Origin: Ilumatobacteraceae bacterium
GTDB taxonomy: Bacteria > Actinomycetota > Acidimicrobiia > Acidimicrobiales > Ilumatobacteraceae
Assembly: GCA_963732335.1 (NCBI GenBank)
Contig: CAVSZO010000067.1
Coordinates: forward strand, 1,288-65,287
Length of the DNA: 64,000 bases
Direction of reading: 5' to 3'
In this document: positions 56,188-64,000 of the stretch, piece by piece
How the letters are laid out: each line of letters starts with the position of its first letter
Numbering within the stretch: position 1 is the stretch's first letter
The notes under the pieces: generated by a model
The model's database searches: none
Told to the model about the DNA's origin: nothing
The model's input: the letters and a program-made list of their open reading frames with translations, nothing else
Position numbers and translations under genes: made by a program

Positions 56188-57912
56188 ATGCTCGATCTGC
56201 TCATCACTGGTGGCGACGTCGTCGACGGCACTGGAACGGCGCGCCAGCGTGCCGACGTCGGTGTGCGCGACGGTCGCGTCGTCAGCGTCGGCGCCACGGA
56301 CGAACCGGCCCGCCGCACGATCGACGCCGACGGCCGTGTCGTCGCACCGGGATTCGTCGACGTGCACACCCACCTCGACGCGCAGGCGTTCTGGGACCCC
56401 GACCTGAGCCCGTCGCCACTCCACGGCGTCACGACGGTGCTCTCCGGGAACTGCGGGTTCACGATCGCGCCACTGACCGAGGAGGCCGGGCGTTACCTCA
56501 TGCCGATGCTCGCCAAGGTCGAGGGCATGCCGCTGCAGTCGCTGCGCGACGGCGTCCCGTGGAACTGGCGGACGACGGCCGACTACCTCGACGCGCTGGA
56601 CGGCCAACTGGTGATCAACGCCGGGTTCATGGTCGGCCACTCGGCGATACGGCGCGTCGTGATGGGTGAGGCGGCCAACGAGCGGGCCGCGACCGACGAC
56701 GAGTTGGCGCAGATGGCCCGACTCCTGCGCGACGGCCTGGAGGCCGGCGGCTTCGGCTTCTCCACGACGACCTCCGACACGCACAACGACGGCGACGGCA
56801 GGCCGGTGCCGTCGCGGTTCGCCGACCGGCGCGAGTTCATCGAGCTGGCCAAGGTGGTCGGCGAGTACGAGGGGACGTCACTCGAACTGCTCCCCCGCGG
56901 CGCGACCGGGCCCGGCCCGTTCGACGACGACGTGGCCGACCTGATGATCACGATGTCGGCGACGGCGCAGCGCCCGCTGAACTGGAACGTGATCCAGCCC
57001 GCCGCGGCCAACCTCGACTCCTGCCTCGCCAAGCTCGAAGTCGGTGACCAGGCCGCGGCTCGCGGCGCCAAGGTGATCGGTCTGACCATGCCGGTCGACA
57101 TGAAGGCCCGCTTCTCGTTCCACTCCGGCTTCGTGCTCGACGTGTTCGACGGCTGGGCGTCGATCATGAACGCGTCGACGGAGGAGAAGCTGCGCGTGCT
57201 CAGCGACCCGCAGCAGCGGGCGCGCCTCGCCGAGCAGGCCGCCGGCACAAAGAGCATGCGACATCTGGCCAAGTGGCAGGACCACGTCATCGTCGAGACG
57301 TTCACCCCCGAGACGGCCGCGTACGCCGGCCGCCGCGTCGGCGACATCGCCGAGGAACTGGGCAAGGAGCCGTTCGACGCGCTCGTCGACATCGCCGTCG
57401 CCGATGGGTTGCGGACCACGTTCATGCGCGGCACCCCTGCCCCGACGGCGGCCGACTGGGAAGCCCGGCTGCAGATCTGGAACGACCCGCGGGCCCTGAT
57501 CGGGGCGTCGGACGCCGGGGCTCACCTCGACATGATCGCCGCCTTCCGCTACTCCACCGGCTTCCTGGAGGAAGCGGTCCGCGAGCACCGGCTGCTGCCG
57601 CTCGAGCAAGCCATCCACATGCTCACTGGTGCTCCGGCGCGGCTGTACGGACTGCGCGACCGCGGAGTTCTACGCGACGGCGCGCACGCCGACATCGTCG
57701 TGTTCGACGAGGACGCCGTCGGTTCGAAGCCGGTCGGGACACGATTCGACCTGCCGGGCGGTGCGGGGCGGCTCTATGCCGAGGCCGTTGGTGTCGACCA
57801 CGTCATCGTCGGCGGCACCGAGATCGCTGCGGGCGGCGCGTACACGGGTGAGCGCGCCGGCACGTTGCTGCGCAGCGGTCGAGACTCGGCCACGCCGACG
57901 CTCGAGCTGTAG
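56188..57912 (+). CDS. N-acyl-D-amino-acid deacylase family amidohydrolase
   Basis: PGFVDVHTH.D, GNCG, SDAGAH, ADIVVFD. Confidence 0.9.
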   Translation: MLDLLITGGDVVDGTGTARQRADVGVRDGRVVSVGATDEPARRTIDADGRVVAPGFVDVHTHLDAQAFWDPDLSPSPLHGVTTVLSGNCGFTIAPLTEEAGRYLMPMLAKVEGMPLQSLRDGVPWNWRTTADYLDALDGQLVINAGFMVGHSAIRRVVMGEAANERAATDDELAQMARLLRDGLEAGGFGFSTTTSDTHNDGDGRPVPSRFADRREFIELAKVVGEYEGTSLELLPRGATGPGPFDDDVADLMITMSATAQRPLNWNVIQPAAANLDSCLAKLEVGDQAAARGAKVIGLTMPVDMKARFSFHSGFVLDVFDGWASIMNASTEEKLRVLSDPQQRARLAEQAAGTKSMRHLAKWQDHVIVETFTPETAAYAGRRVGDIAEELGKEPFDALVDIAVADGLRTTFMRGTPAPTAADWEARLQIWNDPRALIGASDAGAHLDMIAAFRYSTGFLEEAVREHRLLPLEQAIHMLTGAPARLYGLRDRGVLRDGAHADIVVFDEDAVGSKPVGTRFDLPGGAGRLYAEAVGVDHVIVGGTEIAAGGAYTGERAGTLLRSGRDSATPTLEL

Positions 57913-58758
57913 ATGGTCGCCGTTACGGCGATGGACGGCCCCTTCGGCGCGTTCATCGACGACGTCGACCTCGGCCGCGACGTCGATGCGGACGTGATCG
58001 ACGCGCTGTACGAGCACCACATCCTCGTGATCCGCCGACAGCAACTGTCGCACGCGGCGTATGCCCGTTTCGGCGCGCGCTGGGGTGAGCCGATCCTGTT
58101 CTTCAACCCGCGCGACCGCCACGCCGAGTTCCCCGAGCTGATCAAGATCGACAACTCGCCGGCGACGCCCGAGCCGATGCGCGACGGGGCGATGCACTGG
58201 CACCAGGACAGCTCATACGAAGCGGTGCCTGCCAGCGTGACGATGCTCTATGCGATCGAGGCGCCGGAAGACGGCAACGACACACTCTTCGCCGACCTCG
58301 TCGCCGCCTACGACGCGCTGCCCGAGGTGATACGCCAAGACATCGACGGGCTGGAGGTGCGCCATTCCCCCACCGGCGGCAGGGTGGCGCTGGAGGGTGA
58401 GAAGCGTGGCGGCGGGTCGGGAGCCGGGCGTGGACTGCCCGCCGTCACCCACCCGCTGGTCATTCGGCACCCGTTCATCGGCCGGCGAGCCCTCTATGGC
58501 ATCTCCGGCACTGCCGATGGCATCGTCGGGATGGACGACGGCGAGGCGATCGAGCTGCTCGTCCGGCTCAAACGCCACGCGCTGCAACCGGCGTTCCAGC
58601 AGCGCGCACGCGCCGACGTCGGCTCGGTGCTCGTCTGGGACAACTTCGCCGTGATGCACTGCGCCACGCCGACGCGGTACAGCGACGCGGCGGGCGAGCG
58701 ACGTCTGCTCTACCGCATCAGCACGCGCGGCGTGCCCGTCACCGTCGCGCCAGGATGA
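57913..58758 (+). CDS. TauD/TfdA 2-oxoglutarate-dependent dioxygenase
   Basis: WHQD, HPLV..HP..GR, WDN..MH, R..YR. Confidence 0.9.
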   Translation: MVAVTAMDGPFGAFIDDVDLGRDVDADVIDALYEHHILVIRRQQLSHAAYARFGARWGEPILFFNPRDRHAEFPELIKIDNSPATPEPMRDGAMHWHQDSSYEAVPASVTMLYAIEAPEDGNDTLFADLVAAYDALPEVIRQDIDGLEVRHSPTGGRVALEGEKRGGGSGAGRGLPAVTHPLVIRHPFIGRRALYGISGTADGIVGMDDGEAIELLVRLKRHALQPAFQQRARADVGSVLVWDNFAVMHCATPTRYSDAAGERRLLYRISTRGVPVTVAPG

Positions 58759-58770
58759 AAGTCGAATTGT

Positions 58771-59694
58771 CTACGTGTTGAGCAGCCGACGGACCTCGGC
58801 GGCCGCGTCGACGACACCGAACAGGTCGTCGCCGGCGGGGATCAGGTTGAACGTGCGGCAGCCGGCCTCGACGAACGGGGCCAGCCCGCCGGCGACGTCA
58901 GCCGGCGTGCCTCGTGGGGAGTAACGGTCGAACTTGGCGAACGGCATCCGATAGAGGCTCTCCATGGCGTTGGCCAGCGCCGGCGTGGCCGCCTCCGCTG
59001 ACGACCCGAACCCCACCCACACCTGCAGCGCGTGCTGCCAGGGAACCTCCGCTCGGTCCGCATCGGACGCGCTCGCCTCGACCTCGGCGACGCCGCCACG
59101 GAAGCGCTCGGGCGTCACCCACAACGCGAGCCAGCCTTCCGACAGCAAGGCAGCGCGGCGCAGTGCCGCTGACGATCGGCCGCCGACGATCACGGGAACG
59201 GGAGGATCCGGCGTCGGCAGGATGCGCACGTCCTCGACCGGGAAGAAGCCGTCCGCCGACGTGACCGTCTCGCCGGCGAACAGCCGCCGAATCAGGCGCA
59301 GCGACTCGTCGGTGCGCCGGCCCCGCGTGGCCGGGTCGACGCCGCACGCCTCGACCTCGTGACGGTCCTCACCGCCGACGCCGACGCCGAACGTGAAGCG
59401 GCCCGGCGCCAACTGGGCGAGTGACGCCACCTGGCGGGCCACCGGCAGCGGGTGGCGCAGCGGCAGGAGATAGACGGCCGTGCAGACGCCCATCGTCCGC
59501 GTGAGCGCGGCGAGCGCCGTCGCCTGGACGAGCCCGTCGAAGCCCTGCCCGCCCTGGAACGTCACATGGTCGCCGACGCAGAGCTGATCGATGCCGGCCG
59601 ACTCGGCGCGCTCGACGACGGCGCGCAGGTCCGGCGCGCCGGCATCGAACAGCTGCCGCGGCGGCCGCAGCCCGATTCGGACTGGAGACGTCAT
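58771..59694 (-). CDS. LLM-class flavin-dependent oxidoreductase
   Basis: VGDHV..LLPLRHP..GVGVGGED..GGRS. Confidence 0.87.
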   Translation of the reverse strand: MTSPVRIGLRPPRQLFDAGAPDLRAVVERAESAGIDQLCVGDHVTFQGGQGFDGLVQATALAALTRTMGVCTAVYLLPLRHPLPVARQVASLAQLAPGRFTFGVGVGGEDRHEVEACGVDPATRGRRTDESLRLIRRLFAGETVTSADGFFPVEDVRILPTPDPPVPVIVGGRSSAALRRAALLSEGWLALWVTPERFRGGVAEVEASASDADRAEVPWQHALQVWVGFGSSAEAATPALANAMESLYRMPFAKFDRYSPRGTPADVAGGLAPFVEAGCRTFNLIPAGDDLFGVVDAAAEVRRLLNT

Positions 59695-60218
59695 GTCGAC
59701 GCCGCGTCCGGGAAGAAGGCGGCCCACGTCGGGAACGCGTGCGGCAGGGTGGGCGGGCCGGCGGTCCGCTCCCACGAGTCGAAGTCGACGGCCTGCGGCC
59801 GCTCGAGGACGTCCACGGCGTACCAGTGCTTCTCGGCCCGGCGGGCGAAGAACCACTCGCCGTCGACCCGGCGGTAGTCGTCGAAGTAGCAGATGGCCAT
59901 GACGATCCAGCGGTCGCCGACCTCGTGCTCGGCGCGGCAGTAGACGGCTCCCCTGGCCGTGTCGTCGTCGATGATCTCGATGCGATGGCCGACGATCTGG
60001 TGGATCGATCGGTAGAACCACCGCAGGTGCGGTTCGATGTAGTCGCGCAGCACCTGGCGGCCGCGGCCGTGCCGGCCCATGTCGACGTCCGGCTCGAACA
60101 AGCCGACCCACGTGTCGAGGTCGCGACCATCAACGGCGAGGGCGTAGCGGATCGGCAGCTGCTGGATCGCCTGGTAGGCCTCGATCCGAGTCACCCGCGC
60201 CAGGAGCTCGTCCGTCAC
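59691..60218 (-). CDS. NTF2/SnoaL_4 (BaiE/LinA-like) protein
   Basis: IQQLPIRYALAVDGRD..SIHQI.GH..YCRAEHE..YFDDY. Confidence 0.85.
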   Translation of the reverse strand: MTDELLARVTRIEAYQAIQQLPIRYALAVDGRDLDTWVGLFEPDVDMGRHGRGRQVLRDYIEPHLRWFYRSIHQIVGHRIEIIDDDTARGAVYCRAEHEVGDRWIVMAICYFDDYRRVDGEWFFARRAEKHWYAVDVLERPQAVDFDSWERTAGPPTLPHAFPTWAAFFPDAAST

Positions 60219-61123
60219 AGGCACCCGCCGCCATACGCCGGGGCGACCGCCGCTTGCAGACGGTCGAGCCGGGCCAGCACCTCGTCCCGACCGCCCTCGT
60301 TGACCCGCACGGCGACGCGCTGCACGCCGAGCTTGGCGGCGCGTTCGATGGCGACTGGCAAGTCGCGAACGCCGGTCGTCGTGAGCAGCGCCAGCAGCTG
60401 GAGCTGACCGAGGTCGCGGCCCGCGCGATCCCAGCAACGGCGCAGGTCCGTCAGCCACGCCTCGTAGGCCGGCTCGAGGATCGGGTTGGCCATCGGGATC
60501 CAGCCGTCGGCCCAGCGCGCGACGCGCTCGAAGTTGCGCTCGCTGGCCGGGGCGCCGAGCAGGACCGGCGGATGCGGCTGTTGCGCCGGCTTCGGCCATG
60601 ACCTGCTCGGCGAGAGGCGGCGGTATGAGCCGGCGTACTCGGCCACGTCGTCGCACCACAGCCGCTTCATCATCTCCACCGTCTCCTCGACCACCGCGGC
60701 ACGCACGTTGGCCGGCAGGCCGTGGTCCTCGAACTCCTCGCGGTGCCAACCGAAGCCGACACCGAGGAGCAGGCGACCGCCGGACAGCACGTCGAGTGTG
60801 GCGACCGCTTTGGCCAACGCGATGGCGTCGTGCTCGGCGACCAGCGACACCGTCGGTCCGATCTCGAGCGACGTCTGCGCGGCGACGAACGAAAGGGCGA
60901 TGTAGGGGTCCCAGAACCGGGCATACCGATCGGGGATCTCGCCACCCGCGGGATAGGCGCTGCGCTCGCTGGCGACGGGCAGGTGCGGGTGTTCGTTCAG
61001 GAACAGGCCGGTGAACCCACGGTCCTCCAACGCCTTGGCGAGCTCGACGATCGGCATCGAACGATCCGTGCAGTCAGCGAACACGCCGATGCTCGGCAGT
61101 CCCTCGGCGGAGAACACGGTCAC
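60215..61123 (-). CDS. LLM-class F420-dependent oxidoreductase (TIGR03619-like)
   Basis: EHPHLP..DPY..EHDAI.LAK..GVGFGW.REE..SWPKP. Confidence 0.9.
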   Translation of the reverse strand: MTVFSAEGLPSIGVFADCTDRSMPIVELAKALEDRGFTGLFLNEHPHLPVASERSAYPAGGEIPDRYARFWDPYIALSFVAAQTSLEIGPTVSLVAEHDAIALAKAVATLDVLSGGRLLLGVGFGWHREEFEDHGLPANVRAAVVEETVEMMKRLWCDDVAEYAGSYRRLSPSRSWPKPAQQPHPPVLLGAPASERNFERVARWADGWIPMANPILEPAYEAWLTDLRRCWDRAGRDLGQLQLLALLTTTGVRDLPVAIERAAKLGVQRVAVRVNEGGRDEVLARLDRLQAAVAPAYGGGCL

Positions 61124-62256
61124 TCCAACCGCTCGATGATCGTGCCCGTTCCGAGACCGCCGCCGCAGCACATCGTGACGAGCGCGTGGCGACCGCCCGT
61201 GCGCTCCAGTTCGTGCAGGGCCTTGGTGAGCAGGATGCAGCCGGTGCCACCGAGCGGATGCCCGAGAGCGATGGCCCCGCCGTTGGGGTTCGTGCGCCCG
61301 AGGTCAGCACCAGTCTCCTTCGCCCACGCCAGCACCACCGAGGCGAACGCCTCGTTGACCTCGAACAGGTCGATGTCGTCGAGACGAAGTCCGGTGCGCT
61401 TCAGCAGCCGCTGAGTCGCCGGGATCGGGCCCGTGAGCATGAGCACGGGGTCACTGCCGACGAGCACCGAGTCGACGACACGCGCCCGCGGCCGCAAACC
61501 GAGCGCGTCGGCCCGCTCCCGCGTCGTCAGCAGCACGGCGGCGGCACCATCGGCGATCTGCGAGGACGTTCCGGCGGTGTGCACCGCATCTGGATCGGGG
61601 AGGTTGGTGCGCAACCCGGACAGCGCCTCCAATGACGTCGCCCGCAGACCCTCGTCGCGCTCGAGGCCAGCGACGGGCACGAGTTGACCGTCGAACCGAC
61701 CCTCGGCCCAGGCGGCTGCGGCGAGGTCCTGGGACCGCTTGCCGAACACCTCCGTGTCGAAGCGGCTGATCCCCCACTGGCGGGCGATCCGGTCCGCTCC
61801 CTGGAACTGCGTCGTCGCCTCGTACTGCTCGGCGTACGTCCCGGCGCGCGGCAACCCGAGCGCCTCGTCCTTGGTAGACGACCCCATCGGGACGGCCGAC
61901 ATCGTCTCCACGCCGCACGCAAGTGCGACGTCGACGAGGCCACCGGCAACCAGCGCGTGGGCGAGCGCCGTCGCCTGCTGCGACGAGCCGCACTGCACGT
62001 TCACCGTCGTGGCCGGTACCTCCAACGGGAGCCCCGCGGCGAGCCATGCATTGCGCGTGACGTTGCCGCTCTGGGTACCGACTTGCTGCACGCATCCGCC
62101 GACGACCTGGCCGATCGCTCCGGGGTCGATGCCGGTGCGCTCGACCGCGGCCCGCTGCACGGCACCGAGCAGGTCGTTGGCGTGAACGTTGGCCAGCGAG
62201 CCGTTGCGCTTGCCGACCGGCGTCCGGACCGCGTCGAGGACGACGACGTCGCGCAT
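61120..62256 (-). CDS. Thiolase (FadA5-like 3-ketoacyl-CoA thiolase)
   Basis: [32 protein letters not shown]. Confidence 0.92.
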   Translation of the reverse strand: MRDVVVLDAVRTPVGKRNGSLANVHANDLLGAVQRAAVERTGIDPGAIGQVVGGCVQQVGTQSGNVTRNAWLAAGLPLEVPATTVNVQCGSSQQATALAHALVAGGLVDVALACGVETMSAVPMGSSTKDEALGLPRAGTYAEQYEATTQFQGADRIARQWGISRFDTEVFGKRSQDLAAAAWAEGRFDGQLVPVAGLERDEGLRATSLEALSGLRTNLPDPDAVHTAGTSSQIADGAAAVLLTTRERADALGLRPRARVVDSVLVGSDPVLMLTGPIPATQRLLKRTGLRLDDIDLFEVNEAFASVVLAWAKETGADLGRTNPNGGAIALGHPLGGTGCILLTKALHELERTGGRHALVTMCCGGGLGTGTIIERLE

Positions 62257-62257
62257 T

Positions 62258-63034
62258 TCAAGACTTCCTTTGACGGAACTGCTCGGGGAAGGCCACGTAC
62301 TCCGCAGTGTCGTGCGACTGGCTCTCCGCCGCCAGCCCGTAGCCGAGCGTGAGCACGGCGTTGTGGCGGAGGATCTGGTTGAGCAGAGCCTTGGTGTCCT
62401 GCACCTGCTGCGGCGGCAACGAGGCCAGGCGATGGGCGAACGCGACGGCGTCGTCCACGACCTGCTCGAGCGGGACCACGAAGTTCGCCAGACCGAGCGC
62501 CAGCGCCTCGGGCGCCGGGATGCGGTCACCCGTCAGCAGGTACTGCTTGGCCTTGAGCAGGCTCGTGTACGCCGGCCAGGTCACCGCTCCCCCATCGCCC
62601 GCAACGAGCGCGCTCGCCACGTGCGGGTCGGCAACGTACGTGCTCTCGGCGATGTACACGAGGTCGCACAGCGTCATCAGGGTGGCGCCGAGTCCGACCG
62701 CCGGGCCGTTGACGGCGGCGACGACTGGCACGTGCACGCTCAGCATGTCGTCGACGAGTCGACGAGCCTCACGCATCTTGCGGCGGCGAACGGTGAAGTC
62801 GCGGTGGAACAGCTCGAAGTCGTCGATGTTGCCGCCGGCACAGAACGCCCGGCCATTGCCCGTGATGACAGCCGCACGCACGTCGGTGTCGCGCTCGACC
62901 TGCGCCCACAGCGAGGCGAAGCCGTGATGGAGGTCGTCGTCGAAGGCGTTCATCTGCTCCGGCCGGTTGAGCCGGATGATCCGGACAGGCCCGTCGGCCG
63001 TGACCTCGAGGACGTCGGGCAGGTCGTAGGGCAT
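62258..63034 (-). CDS. Enoyl-CoA hydratase/crotonase
   Basis: [32 protein letters not shown]. Confidence 0.9.
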   Translation of the reverse strand: MPYDLPDVLEVTADGPVRIIRLNRPEQMNAFDDDLHHGFASLWAQVERDTDVRAAVITGNGRAFCAGGNIDDFELFHRDFTVRRRKMREARRLVDDMLSVHVPVVAAVNGPAVGLGATLMTLCDLVYIAESTYVADPHVASALVAGDGGAVTWPAYTSLLKAKQYLLTGDRIPAPEALALGLANFVVPLEQVVDDAVAFAHRLASLPPQQVQDTKALLNQILRHNAVLTLGYGLAAESQSHDTAEYVAFPEQFRQRKS

Positions 63035-64000
63035 CAGACGCGCTCGATGATCGTTGCCGTGCCCATCCCACCGCCGGTGCACATCGTGACGAGCGCGGTC
63101 GTGAGGTCGCGCCGTTCCAGCTCGTCGAGGGCCGTCTGCAGCAGCATCCCTCCCGTGGCGCCGATCGGGTGGCCGAGGGCGATCGCCCCGCCGTTGACGT
63201 TGACCCGTTCGGGATCGAGGTCGAGGTCACGCATCGTCTTCAGCGGGACCGCGGCGAACGCCTCGTTGATCTCCCACAGATCGATGTCGTCGACCTTCAT
63301 GCCCGCCCGTTCGAGGCACTTCTGCGACGCCGGACCCGGCGCGGTGAGCATGATCACCGGCTCGGCGCCGGCGACGGCGCTCATCAGAATGCGGGCGCGG
63401 GCCGGGTACCCGTGGGCCGTCGCGAACTCGGGTGACGCCAGCACCAACGCGCTGGCCCCGTCGACCACACCCGACGAGTTGCCGGCGTGGTGCACGTGCT
63501 CGACGTTGCTGACCTCCGGGTACGCCTGCTGGCACATCTCGTCGAACGAGCGCTCGAAGCCGGGGAAGGCGATGCGCCCCATCTCCTCGAACGACGGCGT
63601 CAGCTTGGCCAGACCGTCGAGCGTCGTGCCGGGGCGGGGGAACTCGTCGCGATCGAGGGCGACGGAACCGTCCTCGTTGTGGATCGGCACGACGCTGCGG
63701 TCGAACCGTCCTTCGTCGACCGCCGTCGCGGCGCGTTGCTGGCTGCGCAGGGCGAAGGCATCGACCGTCTCGCGGTCGAAGCGTTCGATCGTCGCGATGA
63801 GGTCGGCCGACACGCCCTGGGGCACGAGCGGGAACCGCTCGCGGAGAGCCGGGTTGCCGGCGCTGAAGTCGACGGCACCCTCCTCGACCGGCCAGCGCGA
63901 CATCATCTCCACGCCGGCGCCGACGACGAGGTCCTGGTGACCGGCCTGGATGCCCATCGCCGCGTACGTCACCGCCTGCTGGCCGGAGCCACAGAAGCGG
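63034..64000 (-). CDS. Acetyl-CoA C-acetyltransferase (thiolase), 5'-truncated by the window
   Basis: [22 protein letters not shown]. Confidence 0.92.
   Translation of the reverse strand, partial: RFCGSGQQAVTYAAMGIQAGHQDLVVGAGVEMMSRWPVEEGAVDFSAGNPALRERFPLVPQGVSADLIATIERFDRETVDAFALRSQQRAATAVDEGRFDRSVVPIHNEDGSVALDRDEFPRPGTTLDGLAKLTPSFEEMGRIAFPGFERSFDEMCQQAYPEVSNVEHVHHAGNSSGVVDGASALVLASPEFATAHGYPARARILMSAVAGAEPVIMLTAPGPASQKCLERAGMKVDDIDLWEINEAFAAVPLKTMRDLDLDPERVNVNGGAIALGHPIGATGGMLLQTALDELERRDLTTALVTMCTGGGMGTATIIERV

Overview
High-GC actinobacterial DNA, Acidimicrobiia/Ilumatobacter-like by gene content (inference). It is almost entirely filled with catabolic redox and CoA-chemistry genes: about 10 SDRs, 6 luciferase-like (mostly F420-type) oxidoreductases, 6 amidohydrolases, 5 NTF2/SnoaL proteins, 4 acyl-CoA dehydrogenases, 5 crotonases, 3 family-III CoA transferases, 2 acyl-CoA ligases, thiolases, a P450, a TauD dioxygenase, a CoxMSL-like molybdenum hydroxylase, 3 FadR and 1 TetR regulators. 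No housekeeping, transporter or integrase genes were seen. About 17 genes carry frameshifts or lost stops, typical of long-read indel errors, although real decay cannot be excluded. A 3' half of tRNA-Lys(CTT) at 16947-16988 is an att-like scar that splits the window into two blocks. Each block has its own operator motif and its own diverged copy of an unusual three-gene module: a rearranged (permuted) family-III CoA transferase, a YtcJ-like amidohydrolase and a rearranged crotonase. Other notable items are an identical 28-bp promoter present twice in inverted orientation 12 kb apart, a small desulforedoxin-like repeat protein coupled to an acyl-CoA ligase, a DUF35-thiolase deletion chimera, a Tat-exported esterase with an in-frame UGA, and a REP-like repeat family. 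All family calls come from motif recognition by eye; no database search was run.
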